Assembly: GCA_963804205.1 (NCBI GenBank)
Contig: CAWDPJ010000017.1
Coordinates: 18,089 to 82,088, forward strand
DNA from: an uncultured beta proteobacterium
GTDB taxonomy: Bacteria > Pseudomonadota > Gammaproteobacteria > Burkholderiales > Casimicrobiaceae
Reading direction: 5' to 3'
DNA length: 64,000 nucleotides
Shown: positions 1-10,989 of the stretch, one piece after another
How the letters are laid out: every line of letters begins with the position of its first letter
Numbering within the stretch: position 1 is the first letter of the stretch
Program-made: the position numbers and the translations under genes
The notes under the pieces: generated by a model
Seen by the model: the letters and a program-made list of their open reading frames with translations, nothing else
What the model was told of the DNA's origin: nothing
Databases searched by the model: none

Positions 1-175
1 AGGCCATGTAGTGCGCGGCGTGATCCGAGCTGCCGCGCGCGACCGTCAGCGATGCGCGCGGCGGATCGGCGCGCAGGTTCGCGCCCAGCGATGCGTAGAC
101 CTCATCGTCGACCGACAGCAGCCGCGCCGCGGCTTCGGGCGCCTCGCGAGCTTCATCAAGCATCCGCGAGGTCAA
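1..175 (-). CDS. SIS-domain glucosamine-6-phosphate deaminase (NagB-II type), 5' part; runs off the window start
   Basis: Manual translation from TTG at 175: MTSRMLDEAREAPEAAARLL...LTVARGSSDHAAHYMA. The ARGSSD SIS motif is present and the gene overlaps the nagA end. Confidence 0.85.
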   Translation of the reverse strand, partial: MTSRMLDEAREAPEAAARLLSVDDEVYASLGANLRADPPRASLTVARGSSDHAAHYMA

Positions 176-1287
176 TCGCCTCTCCTTCGGCCACCACGCG
201 CTGCAACTGCAGGTCTCGGTCGAGCACGACGATGTCGGCCCACGCGCCCTCGACGAGCCGCCCGCGGTCGAAAAGTCCGAGGTAATCCGCCGCATGCGTC
301 GAGACGCGCATCGACGCTTCGCCGACCGACAGCCCGAGAGCGACGAGATTGCGCAGCGCCTGGTCCATCGTCAGCGTGCTTCCCGCCAGCGTCCCATCCG
401 CCAGGCGAACGCCACCGAGGCATTTGGTGACGCGGTGACGTCCGAGCCGGTATTCGCCGTCCGGCATGCCGGCCGCGGCCGTCGAGTCGGTCACGCAGAA
501 GAGGCAGGGAATCGCGCGCAGCGCAGCGCGCAGTCGCGCCGGGGTGGACGTGCAGCAGGTCGGGAATGATCTCCGCGTAGCGGGCATGGGCGAGCGCTGC
601 ACCGACGATGCCCGGCTCGCGGTGATGCATGCCCGACATCGCATTGAACAGGTGGGTGAAGCCGCCAGCGCCGCGCTCCAGCGCGGCGACGCCCTCCTCG
701 TAGCTGCCGAGCGTATGCCCGATCTGCACCTGGAAGCCTTCGATGCGAAGTGCCGCGATGATGTCGAGGTTCCCCGGCAGCTCGGGCGCCAGCGTGATCA
801 GGCGGATCGGTGCGAGCGCGTGCAGCGCGCGGATCTCGGGTATCGACGCCGGCCGCACGAAGTCGGGCTGCGCGCCGAGCTTGCCGGCGTTGATGTACGG
901 GCCCTCCAGATGCACACCCAGGACACGCGCCGCGCCTGCCGAGCGCGCCCGGCATGCCGGCGCCATCGCGGCCATTGCCGTTTCCAGCTCCGGCAGCGGC
1001 GCGGTCATCGTCGTGGCCAGCAGCGACGTCGTGCCGTGCCGCCCGTGCAGGCGCGCGATGCAATCGATCGCATCGCCGCCTTCCATCGTGTCGCGTCCGC
1101 CACCGCCGTGGACGTGGGTGTCGATGAACCCGGGTAACACCAGTGTACGAGCTTCGCTGCGCGCTTCGTCGTCGCTCACCGGTGTGCCGGTGATGCGCAC
1201 GATCCGGCCACCATCGTGCTCGAGCCGCCCGCGAACGAAACCGCCCTGCGTCAGCACGTGCCCTTCGATTGCGCCGGGCCAGCTCAC
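156..1287 (-). CDS. nagA: N-acetylglucosamine-6-phosphate deacetylase (frameshift near 530)
   Basis: Motifs PGFIDTHVHG, GVHLEGPY, THLFNAM, DLLHVHP, then VTDSTAAAG and LAGSTLTMD in a second frame (156..644). GTG start overlaps the GntR stop. Confidence 0.93.
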
Positions 1288-2015
1288 GGCTCGCGCCTCA
1301 TCTCGGCGACGAAATCGTAGTAGTCGCAGTGGCAATAGGAGTGGGTCAGCTCCACCGACTGCCCCGATTCCAGGTAGCCGACGCGCGTGATGTACAGCAC
1401 CGCCCGGCCAGGCGGCACTTCGAGCAGGCGAGCGAGCCGCGCATCCGCATTCATCGCCCGCAGATGCTGCAACGCGCGTACCGGCGCGCGGCCGATCGTC
1501 GCCAGATGGGCGTACAGCGAAGCATCCACCTTGCGCGGGTCCGGCAGCACGTGCTCCGGCAGTACGCTTACTTCATAGGCCATGACCACGTCGTCGGCGA
1601 GTCGCAACCGCTCGAGGCGCGCAACACGCGCGCCCATCGACAGTCCGAGCGCCAGCTGCTCCTCGGGAGCGGCCGCCGTGAGCGTGCGGTCCAGCCAGCG
1701 TGACGACGCCGTGAAGCCCCGCTGCTCGAGCTCCTCGGAGAAGCTCGTCAGGCGCGACAGCGGTTGCTCGAGCCTCGGCGCGATGTAGTTGCCCGATCCG
1801 CGCCGTCGAACGACGAGGCCCTGCTCCACCAACTGATCGATCGCCTTGCGCGCGGTCACGCGCGACAGCCGCAGCGATTCGGACAGCACGCGCTCCGAAG
1901 GTAGCGCTTCGTCGGCCTTGTAGCGCCGGTCGCGGATCGCCTCGGCGAGCTTCTGGGCGAGCTGCATGTAGAGCGGCGACGCGGCGCTCGCGTCGGGCTT
2001 GAACTCGAAGTTCAC
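1284..2015 (-). CDS. GntR/HutC-family regulator (NagQ/NagR-like) with UTRA domain
   Basis: PLYMQL...LPSERVL...SRVTARKAI...RRRGSGNYI wHTH and C-terminal UTRA. GTG at 2015 overlaps the upstream stop. Confidence 0.92.
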   Translation of the reverse strand: MNFEFKPDASAASPLYMQLAQKLAEAIRDRRYKADEALPSERVLSESLRLSRVTARKAIDQLVEQGLVVRRRGSGNYIAPRLEQPLSRLTSFSEELEQRGFTASSRWLDRTLTAAAPEEQLALGLSMGARVARLERLRLADDVVMAYEVSVLPEHVLPDPRKVDASLYAHLATIGRAPVRALQHLRAMNADARLARLLEVPPGRAVLYITRVGYLESGQSVELTHSYCHCDYYDFVAEMRREP

Positions 2016-2918
2016 CTGGTTGATCCCCCGGCGCTCGCCATCGTGCGCCGAATCAGGCAAAGCGCGCCGTCCAGCGCGTCGCCGGCCGGCTCGACCAGGC
2101 GACTCCGCACGGTCGCCGTGAACCGAGGTTCGAGGCGCTGCCCGATGCTCCCGCACACGACCAGCGGCAGCGTTCCTGTCGGATCCAACGCCATCGCGAG
2201 CGCCTCGAGCGATCGCGCCGCGTCGTCGAGCAGCTGCCTGGCCCAGGGGTCAGTGGCACTGGTGTCGAACACCAGCGGCGCAAGTCCGGCATAGGCGTGT
2301 TGCCCTGCGCGCTCGCACCAGGCGAGCAACGCTTCGCGGCTGGAGCCGGCAACGTCGAAAATGGCATGAACGAGTGGCCCCGGCGCGACCCTTCCGTCCA
2401 CGGCTTGCTGCGCGCGCTGCATTGCGCGCAGGCCGAGCCACGCGCCACTGCCTTCGTCACCGATCGGGAAGCCCCAACCGCCGGCCGAGACGCGCTCGCC
2501 GTTGTCGTACAAGGCCTCGCCTGCGCTGCCGGTCCCCGCGACCACCGCGGCACCTGGTCGTCCGCGATGTGCGCCCAGCAATGTCGCATAGGCGTCGCTG
2601 TCCAGTGCGAGTCGGGCAAAGGGCGGCGCCGCGCGCAGGAATCCCTCGTAACGGGTGCGCACGATCGCGCCAGCGACACCAAGTCCGAGTGCGCACGATT
2701 CGCGCCTCGGGACGACGACCCCCGCCGCGCGAAACGCCTCGTCGATAGCGTCGAGGACGTTGGCCCAGGCCTGCTCGATGCCCTGCCCCAGCGCGGAGGG
2801 ACCCGCTTCGGCGAAGCCGAGCACGCGCGCCGTCGGGCGAAGTCACCCGCGCCCGCGTGCCCGTGCCGCCGCCGTCGACTCCGATGACGTAGTGAACCGG
2901 GGGGGTGTGGCTTGCCAT
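2012..2918 (-). CDS. BadF/BadG/BcrA/BcrD-family sugar kinase, likely GlcNAc kinase (frameshift near 2830)
   Basis: IGVDGGGTGTRAR (ORF 2457..2918) continues as GTGSAG and GGWGFPIGDEGSGAWLG (ORF 2012..2824). Confidence 0.9.
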
Positions 2919-2950
2919 CAGGCGACGGTGTCCGTCATCGAGTGGCCGCG

Positions 2951-2998
2951 AGTGTGCTGGGAAGATACCAGTTCGTCAATTGGTATCTAACTGGTGTT
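2951..2998 (-). promoter_or_regulatory. sigma70 promoter of the nag operon overlapped by a putative GntR operator
   Basis: Minus strand TTGACG (2979-2974)-17 bp-CACACT (2956-2951). Inverted repeat GATACCA-N10-TGGTATC (2964-2987) plus a third related box CTGGTGTT (2991-2998). Confidence 0.7.
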
Positions 2999-3276
2999 CT
3001 CCGGGGGTCCGATCGGTCGTCTACGAAGCGGGCTGATGAGGGCGGCGAACACACGATGACTGCGTTGGGACCGTACCGCTGCGAACCGTTCGCGATTTGC
3101 AATCGAATTTGCAGCTTGCGCCGTCGTGTAGCGGCGCGATTTTCCGAAGCCGATGCTTCGCGAATATTCCGCGGCCACGACGGGAATAATCCCTTCGACG
3201 CGAGCCGCGTTGCGTACGAATCTGTCGGTTGCAACGTCCCACTAGCGATCTCGCAGACGAGACCAAGGAGGAAGGT

Positions 3277-3852
3277 ATGCAACCCAAGTTGCTGACGACA
3301 CTGTTCGCGGTCGCGCTCATTACCGGGTGCAGGCCCGCCGTGTGGGTCGTTCAACCTGGCGATTCGGTGTCGACGCCCCTGACCACATTCAGTGTGCAGT
3401 TCCACGAGTACTATCAGCCGGGAACGTTCAAGGCGTTCCTCGACGGACAGGACATCACGTCGTCGTTTTCTCCGGCCGGCGTGCCCACCGGCACTGCCGC
3501 CGCGCCCTGGAACCAGCCGTACATCGGCGGTGATCCAGTTCCCGGGGGGCTCTACATCGGTGGGCCGCAAGGCCCTTATTCGTCACTCGGCCAGTCCCAT
3601 CGGGCACGTCCGATCGCGCGCTTGCCGATGAGGCCATCGCGTACTACCAGACGGCAGCACGCGCCTTCAAGCGAAACGCGTTGCTGGGACATGCGTACGC
3701 CCGACGGTAAGTTGGCGACAGACCGTCCACGCAGCGACACCGCTGCGAGGAACTCGGCTAGGACGGCAGGCCTGTCCCGAGCGTGCTCGAAGGGGTCGCT
3801 GCGCGGTTCTCGGCGCGGAAGAGCACGATGCGGCGAGCGACGACGGACCTGA
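3277..3852 (+). pseudogene. Lipoprotein N-terminal fragment, probably truncated near 3600
   Basis: RBS AAGGAGG, then MQPKLLTTLFAVALITGC (lipobox). Protein-like for about 105 aa, then drifts into Arg-rich non-coding-like translation. Confidence 0.5.
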
Positions 3853-4824
3853 TACTCACGGTGGAACAGGACGCAGGACCAACCAGACTCAAGCCGACTC
3901 AGCCCCACAACGGCAATGACGAGGTCGCAACCAGGATCTGCGAATGGTCCTCGCTCGGCACGACGAGGCATGCTGGAACACTTTGCGACCTGACCGATGA
4001 AGAAGGCGATTGCGGCGAGAAGCAGCGCGAAGCCAAGTACGGCCAAAGATGGCCGTGTCGCGATGCGTACTGCGCCGCACCCGGAAATGCCGCCGCGCTG
4101 GGTTGCGATCACCCGGACGTCGACTGGCGCGGCCGGTCGAGCAGCGCCACCGCTCGGGCGAAGACATAGAACAATGCGGTCGGGCGAATCCGGCGTCATT
4201 CAGGCCCGCTAAGGAGTGGCGCGTGGTCGCTGCTTGCCAGGCCGAACGCCAGGGCGGCGGCGCTCGATCGCCGGAGTCGGGACCAGGAAGCGCGCCGTAA
4301 TTCGAAAGGGCCGGTCTCCCCCTCTTTGCCCACTGATGGTCATCCAGGCGGTCGACACAACGAGGTAGAAGGTCAACGCGGCGATCAGCGCCGTTAAAGG
4401 ACGCCGCCACCGGCTTCGTGATGGCGATGTAGGCGCCGATCGACGGACGTGCCCAGCATCGGCTATGAAAAACAGGTTCCCGCCGCTGCGCGATGCGGCC
4501 GGAATTCCCTTACGCGTAAAGGAGCTACCAACAGCTTCGCCGCGCCCGCGAGCAATCCGATCGCCCCCAGACGGTGACATGGCAGACCAGGGCAATCGTC
4601 ATACTCGGCGCGCTCAGGTTCCAAAGCGCCACTGTTTAGTCGGGTAGTACCCCACTGTCAACCTGACGTTGGCTACGGCGAATCCGGAGAAGACAGCAAC
4701 GGAACAGGCTAATCGACCGCGTCAACCACTACAACGGAATATTCGCCACCCAGGCACGGTATCGGCCGTAGTCGATGGCCATTCAAACGCCGATGATTGG
4801 AGGTGAAAGGCGACCCTGGAGCCA

Positions 4825-5361
4825 TTGGTGACGACATCACGCCGCACTCGAAACACGCTGATCGCAAGAATTCTCATCGTGCTTTTCAGTGCGCTCCTTG
4901 CGAACACGGCCATCGCGGAGCGCTGGCAGATCCTCTGGACAGGCAACTTCGGAGCCCAGGGCGCCATCGAGCTGGACTCGATCACCCCCGCCCCGGAGTA
5001 TCCCAGCGCGATGGGATTCTGGTTCTACGTGCACCGCGGCATCGACACGTTCGATTGTTCGCCGCCGACAAACTGCCTTGCAACCTCGCAGCTGACCTAC
5101 TACTACGTCGATTGCGGAAGGATGCAGGCAGCGGTGATTCGACGGATACCGATGAACCTCCGTGGCAAAGTCGTCGAAATCATCGATGCGCCTGTCCCGG
5201 TCTGGTTCTCGCTTGTCTGGCACCCCGGGCGAAGGGACCGCAGGGGAGAAGATCTCGAAGTATGGGAGCGACATCATCGCGAAGCCCGATACTTTTGCGG
5301 GAAATACGACGTTGGCCTAGTAGACAGAGCGCTCAAGTCTTACGTGCCGCTGCTTCGCTGA
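4825..5361 (+). CDS. Hypothetical secreted protein (weakly surface-adhesin-E-like)
   Basis: Signal peptide ILIVLFSALLANTAIA; YYYVDCGR and terminal YFCG Cys pattern. Confidence 0.6.
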   Translation: MVTTSRRTRNTLIARILIVLFSALLANTAIAERWQILWTGNFGAQGAIELDSITPAPEYPSAMGFWFYVHRGIDTFDCSPPTNCLATSQLTYYYVDCGRMQAAVIRRIPMNLRGKVVEIIDAPVPVWFSLVWHPGRRDRRGEDLEVWERHHREARYFCGKYDVGLVDRALKSYVPLLR

Positions 5362-5590
5362 TCTCGGACGCGTGGGCCATGCGGCCATGGATCCCCATCG
5401 TCGACGATCATCCCCAAGTATCACGAGCCTCCATGAATTCGCGGACACACCGAAACGGCCGACAATCAACGTGCTTGGCCAAGTCAGTCCGGTCGGAAAT
5501 CTGCGTTACGACAAATAGGCTATGCAAAGTGTCCATGGATTTGAAAGAAGGCCAGTAACGTGCTTGTTGTGGGAGTAAGGCTCCGCCGAC

Positions 5591-6860
5591 TTAAAACGTT
5601 CGCAGCGCTCGCTCCAGCGCCTCCTCGAACACCCCCGCATCCTCGTGAGTCACGCACAGCGGCGGATTGATCCGCAGCACGTTCTTGTATTGTCCCGAGC
5701 GGCCGACAATGACGCCATGCTCGCGCAGGCGCTCCTGCACTCGCCCGGCCTCCACGTCGCCGGGTTCTCGGGTTTTGCGGTCCCGCACGATCTCGATGCC
5801 ACGCATCAGGCCGCGGCCGCGAACGTCGCCAACGATCTCGTGCCCCTCGCGTGCGCGCTCCAGCGCGTCACCAAAGAGCGCCCCGATTACCAAGGCGTTA
5901 CGCTGTAGTCCTTCCTCCTCGATCACCTGCAGCACCGCACGCCCCGCCGCGCACGCCATCAGGTTCGAGCCATAGGTGTTGAAAAACTTGCGCTGCGCCA
6001 TCGCCTGCGCGATCTCACGACGGGTGATCATCGCCGCCAGCGGAAACCCGTTGCCGATGCCCTTCGACATCACGATGATGTCCGGCACCACGATCGTCGA
6101 GCTCGAAGCCCCAGAAGCGTTCGCCGGTGCGCGCGAAACCGGTCTGCACTTCGTCGGCGATCAACAGACCGCCAACGCTGTGGATCCGCTCGGCAGCCCT
6201 GCGCAGGTAACCTTCCGGCATGGGGATGACCCCGCCGTAGCCCTGTATGGGTTCGACTATCAGGCCGGCGACCACCCCCGAAGTAGATGAATCGATGACG
6301 CGGCGCAGGTCATCGAGGTAAGGATCGATCCCTGGTCCGTAGGCGCCACGGTACTGATCCGGATTGTGCACATGCACGTAGCCGGGCGCCTGCGGAACCG
6401 GCTGATGGCAAAGCGCGAGGCCGCTGGCGGCCATCGCACCGAAATGCATGCCGTGGTAGGAGTTGCGAAGCGTCAGCATGTCGAAGTTGCGCGTGTAGGC
6501 GCGCGCGACCAGTACGGCCAGGTCGATCGCCTCGGCCCCGCTGTTTACGAAGTGCGCGACCCAGTCGTGGCCGGTGGGAAGCGTAGCGATCAGCTCCTCC
6601 GCGAATTGCCCTGGCAGCGGGTGGTAGTACATCGTGGTGACGTGCTGTAACTCCCGCATCTGCTCATGCACCGCCGCGGTCACCCGCGCGTGCGCGTAGC
6701 CGACGCTGATGCAAAGGTTCTGCGCCAGGCAGTCGAGGTGGCGCTTTCCATCGGCATCCCAGACGTATTGACCCTCGCCGCGCGCAAGCAGCAGCGGCCG
6801 CTCAAATGCGGTGAAGCTGGCGAGCGACGGCGACAGGTAGCGTTCGCGGCTGGCGGCCAC
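5591..6860 (-). CDS. Class III aminotransferase, alanine-glyoxylate aminotransferase 2-like (frameshift near 6090)
   Basis: FVNSGAEA, SYHG, EPIQGYGG, IADEVQTGFARTG, then PDIIVMSKGIGNG (PLP Lys) in the second frame. Confidence 0.9.
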
Positions 6861-7045
6861 GTCGTCGTAGTTCCAGTCGAGTGGCTTCAGTTCAGCACCT
6901 TTACGTTCAACCCGGATTTCATGAACGTGCTGTCCACCGGTGAAAAGAGATGCGCTGCACTACGCTGGAGACAGCTCCCCGCGCCGCCAGTATAGCGAGC
7001 TCGTTGATGTAGACTGCACCGCCATCTCCAGCACTCCGACGAACT

Positions 7046-9196
7046 GTGACCGAGCCTGCTGTCGACACACCCGCAGCTTCCCGCGCGACTGGCTGGCGCA
7101 TCGGTGTCGACATCGGCGGCACCTTCACCGACCTCGTCGCGGTGTCCCCGGCCGGCTCCATTAGCGTTTTCAAGGTGCCGTCGGTGCCTGCGGACCCCGG
7201 AGCCGGCGTCCTCGCCGCGCTCGAGTGCGCGGCGCAATCGGTCGATCTGAAGGTGTCCGAATTCCTCGCTAGAACGGCGCTGTTCGCGCACGGCTCGACG
7301 ATCGCCACCAACACCCTGCTCGAAGGCAAAGGCGCGCGCGTCGGGTGTCTGACCAGCACAGGGTTCCGCGACAGCTTGGAGATTCGTCGCGGCATTCGCA
7401 ACAACCCTTGGGAGCATCGCATCCCATACCCGCCGGTGCTCGTCCCGCGATTTTTGCGCCGGCCGGTGCGCGGTCGGATCGACGCCGACGGCAGCGAATT
7501 CGTAACGCTCGAGCTCGCTGACGTCGTGGACGCTGCGAGCCGTTTCCGCGCCGACGGGGTCGAAGCGGTGGCAGTCTGTTTGTTCAACAGCTACGTCGAC
7601 GATCGCCACGAGCAGGCCGCCGCCTCGGAACTGGCCAGGCATTGGGACGGCCGATGGATCACCGTGTCGTCGCGGCTGGCGCCGATCATGGGTGAGTACG
7701 AACGGACTTCGACGGCGGTGATGAACGCGTACGTCGCACCGCGCACCGTCGGCTATCTGCGCGCACTCGACGAGCGGCTACGTTCGCTGGGCCTTGCGCG
7801 GCCGATGCTGCTGATCCAGAACAACGGCGGCGCAGTCTCGGTCGAGCAGGTCGCCGAGCGGCCGGTGACGCTGCTGCTGTCCGGGCCGGCTGCCGGCGTC
7901 GGTGCGCTTCGGTACTACGCGAAGGCGATCGGCTCCGATGACCTGATCTCGATGGAGATCGGCGGCACCAGCTGCGACGTAATCTTGATGAGCCGCGGCG
8001 AAGTCGGTTTCACCGAGCTGCTCGAAATCGACGGCTACCATGTGGTCAGCCCCTCGGTCGAGGTACATACGATCGGCGCGGGTGGCGGCACGATCGCCAG
8101 CGTAGATGCGGCGGGTCTGCTGTCCGTCGGGCCTCGCGGTGCCGGTGCGGTACCCGGCCCCGCCTGCTACGGATTGGGCGGCACCGCGCCGACCATCACC
8201 GACGCGCAGCTTGTGCTTGGCCGGCTCAAGGCAGAGAGCTATGCGGGCGGCAAGGTGCGCATCGACCCCGCGCTCGCCGTCGAGGCGATCGACCGGGCCG
8301 TGGCGCGGCCGCTTAGGGTCGACGTGGAGGACGCCGCCATCGGCATGATTCGACTGATGGAGCAGAAGTTGCTCCACGCGGTGCAGCGCATCAGTATCGA
8401 GCGCGGCCACGACCCCGGCCGCTTCACGCTAGTGGCCTGCGGCGGCGCCGGTCCGCTGCACGGCGTCGAGGTCGGGCGGCAACTCGGGGCGCACAGCGTG
8501 TACGTGCCGCGGCTGTCCGGTGCCTTCTGCGCGCTCGGAATGCTGCACGCCGACGTGCGTCACGATTACGGGCGCGTGCATCTCGATCGGCTGGACGGTG
8601 CGAACATCGCGCGGATGCAGGCGGTCTACACCGAGCTCGAGCGGGAGGCTTCCGACATGCTGGCGCGCGAGGGCTTCAGCGGCGGCGCGCAGCTCGTGCG
8701 GGCGCTCGACCTGCGCTACATCGGGCAGCAATGGGACATCCGCGTGCTGCTGCCCACGACCGCGTTCGACGGCAATGCATTCGACGCCGTCGAAGTACGC
8801 CGCCGATTCGAGACCGAGCACAATCGCCTGTTCGGACATGTCCAGCCAGAGGGGATCGTCGAGATCACCAAGTTGCGAGTGACCGGTATCGGAACACTGG
8901 CGCCGCTGTCTTTGCCGAGTCCGCGACCGGCAATCGGAATCCCGCAGCCGATCGAGCGGCGCCGCGTCTGGATCGATCGGACGACCGGCTGGGTGAACAC
9001 GCCGATCCTCGACGGCAGTGCATTGCACCCGGGCCAGCGTGTCGACGGCCCTGCTATCGTCAACGAAGCCACGACCACTGTGCTAATCGGCGCCGGGGAT
9101 CGGCTGGCCGTCGATGCGGCCGGCAACTTCATGATCACGCTGCGCACCGCCGACGCGAGCGCGGCGGCGCGCGAGAAGGCGAGGGTCGTCGCATGA
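7046..9196 (+). CDS. Hydantoinase A/5-oxoprolinase family ATP-binding subunit
   Basis: GVDIGGTFTD, HGSTIATN, EYERTST, LSGPAAG, EIGGTSCD, IGAGGG, PGPACYG. Confidence 0.95.
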   Translation: MTEPAVDTPAASRATGWRIGVDIGGTFTDLVAVSPAGSISVFKVPSVPADPGAGVLAALECAAQSVDLKVSEFLARTALFAHGSTIATNTLLEGKGARVGCLTSTGFRDSLEIRRGIRNNPWEHRIPYPPVLVPRFLRRPVRGRIDADGSEFVTLELADVVDAASRFRADGVEAVAVCLFNSYVDDRHEQAAASELARHWDGRWITVSSRLAPIMGEYERTSTAVMNAYVAPRTVGYLRALDERLRSLGLARPMLLIQNNGGAVSVEQVAERPVTLLLSGPAAGVGALRYYAKAIGSDDLISMEIGGTSCDVILMSRGEVGFTELLEIDGYHVVSPSVEVHTIGAGGGTIASVDAAGLLSVGPRGAGAVPGPACYGLGGTAPTITDAQLVLGRLKAESYAGGKVRIDPALAVEAIDRAVARPLRVDVEDAAIGMIRLMEQKLLHAVQRISIERGHDPGRFTLVACGGAGPLHGVEVGRQLGAHSVYVPRLSGAFCALGMLHADVRHDYGRVHLDRLDGANIARMQAVYTELEREASDMLAREGFSGGAQLVRALDLRYIGQQWDIRVLLPTTAFDGNAFDAVEVRRRFETEHNRLFGHVQPEGIVEITKLRVTGIGTLAPLSLPSPRPAIGIPQPIERRRVWIDRTTGWVNTPILDGSALHPGQRVDGPAIVNEATTTVLIGAGDRLAVDAAGNFMITLRTADASAAAREKARVVA

Positions 9197-10989
9197 GATC
9201 GGATCCGCCGGCACTTGATCCCGTCACGCTCGCTCTGGTCCAGAACCGGCTCGACCACGTCGCGCGGCAAATGGGTTGGGTGATGATCCGCACCTCGCGC
9301 AGTCCGATCTTCAATCAATCGCACGACTTCTCGTGCTTCGTGACCGACGCGCGGGGCACGCTCGTGTCGCAGGCCGACGGCATTCCGATCCACACCGGCG
9401 GCGGCGGTTTCGCGGTGCGTGCCTTGCTCCGCGCGTTCGCCGGCCGCATCGATCCCGATGACGCGTTCCTGCTCAACGATCCCTACGTTGCCGGTGGCAA
9501 CCATCTGCCGGACTGGGTGATCGCGCGACCGGTGTTCGCCTGCGGCGCACTGTTCGGCTTCTGCTGCAATCGCGCGCACCAGTCGGACATCGGCGGTGGC
9601 GCCGCCGGCACCTACAATCCGGCCGCGACGGAGATCTTCCACGAAGGCATCCGCCTGCCACCGCTGAAATTGGTCGAACGCGGCGTCGTTCGCGACGATC
9701 TCTGGCAACTGCTGATGATCAACACCCGCTGCCCGGACCTTCTCGATGGCGACCTGCGCGCCATGCTTGGCTCGACGCGCATCGGCGCCGAGCAGGTCGC
9801 CGAACTGGTCGAGCAGCTCGGGCCGGAAGTGGCGGCACGCTACTTCGACGGCATCCTCGACCATGCCGACCGGCGGCTGCGAGTGCTGCTGAGTGCGCTG
9901 CCCGACGGCACCTACTGTGCCGAGGAGCGCTTCGACAACGACTGCTTCGAGCCCGCCGACATCCGGATTCGGGTCGCGCTGACCATCACCGGTGACCGGT
10001 TGACGGTTGATTTCACCGGCACCCATCCGCAGATCCGCGGCTTCAAGAACAGCTCGCTGGCGAACACGTACTCTGCCGTGTATGCGGCGATCGCGTCGTT
10101 CTTCGACGCCGACGTGCCACGCAACGAAGGCACGTTCCGCGCGGTCGCGATCATCGCGCCCGAAGGCTCGCTGGTGAACGCACGTCCGCCGGCGCCGATG
10201 ACCATGTGCACGGTGTTTCCGGCGCACGAGATCATGCACATCTGCTGGTGGGCGCTCGGCCAGGCCGACCCGACGCGCAACTGCGCGGGTTGGGGTAAGA
10301 ACACCTTTCCGGTAACCTCCGGAACCGCTGCGGACGGCCGCACCTGGGTGATGTATCACTGGGGTGGCAACTCCGGCGCGGGAGCCGTCCGCGGGCGCGA
10401 CGGCTTCAACCAGATGGGACCGATGATCACGTTGGGCGGCTTGGTGATCCCGAACGCCGAGACCTATGAGCAGCTCTATCCCGTGCGGGTCCGGCGGCAG
10501 GAGATGCGTCCCGATGCCGCCGGCGCCGGCCAGTGGCGCGGCGGCACTGGCGTGGAATACGACGTCGAGCTGAAGTCGCCGGCCGAGTATTCTTTTCGTG
10601 GCGAAGGCATGGGACGTCCAACCGGCCTCGGCGTCGAAGGGGGTTCCGATGGCAGGGTGGCGCGCATCGCCGTCGTCGAAGGTACGGGGGAGCCGCGCAC
10701 GCCGCCGCCCTATGCGCTCTGGCAACTCGGCCCGTCTCGGCTGACCGTGGCCTCTCCAGGTGGTGGCGGGTACGGTGACCCCCTCGATCGCGATCCGGCG
10801 GCGGTGTTGCGCGATGTGCGCGACGAGGTGGTGACGCAACGTGAAGCGGAGGAGGTCTACGGGGTAGTGTTCGCCAGCGGGACCCATTCAGTCGACGACA
10901 CGCTAGTGATCGGCACCGAAGCCACCGCAGCGCGACGTCATGAGATGCGCGCCGCACGGCATGCGGCGACTGCGTCCACAGCGCCATGA
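9193..10989 (+). CDS. Hydantoinase B/oxoprolinase family subunit
   Basis: LDPVTL, DFSC, PIHTG, NDPYVAGGNHLPD, AHQSDIGG, PGGGGYGDP. ATG 9193 overlaps the subunit A stop. Confidence 0.95.
   Translation: MRSDPPALDPVTLALVQNRLDHVARQMGWVMIRTSRSPIFNQSHDFSCFVTDARGTLVSQADGIPIHTGGGGFAVRALLRAFAGRIDPDDAFLLNDPYVAGGNHLPDWVIARPVFACGALFGFCCNRAHQSDIGGGAAGTYNPAATEIFHEGIRLPPLKLVERGVVRDDLWQLLMINTRCPDLLDGDLRAMLGSTRIGAEQVAELVEQLGPEVAARYFDGILDHADRRLRVLLSALPDGTYCAEERFDNDCFEPADIRIRVALTITGDRLTVDFTGTHPQIRGFKNSSLANTYSAVYAAIASFFDADVPRNEGTFRAVAIIAPEGSLVNARPPAPMTMCTVFPAHEIMHICWWALGQADPTRNCAGWGKNTFPVTSGTAADGRTWVMYHWGGNSGAGAVRGRDGFNQMGPMITLGGLVIPNAETYEQLYPVRVRRQEMRPDAAGAGQWRGGTGVEYDVELKSPAEYSFRGEGMGRPTGLGVEGGSDGRVARIAVVEGTGEPRTPPPYALWQLGPSRLTVASPGGGGYGDPLDRDPAAVLRDVRDEVVTQREAEEVYGVVFASGTHSVDDTLVIGTEATAARRHEMRAARHAATASTAP

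Noticed and set aside
8716-10887. Long antisense ORFs (also 34958..37117, 41580..43520, 25196..26746, 21243..22829)
   Set aside because: High-GC shadow frames opposite well-supported genes, with no recognisable motifs.
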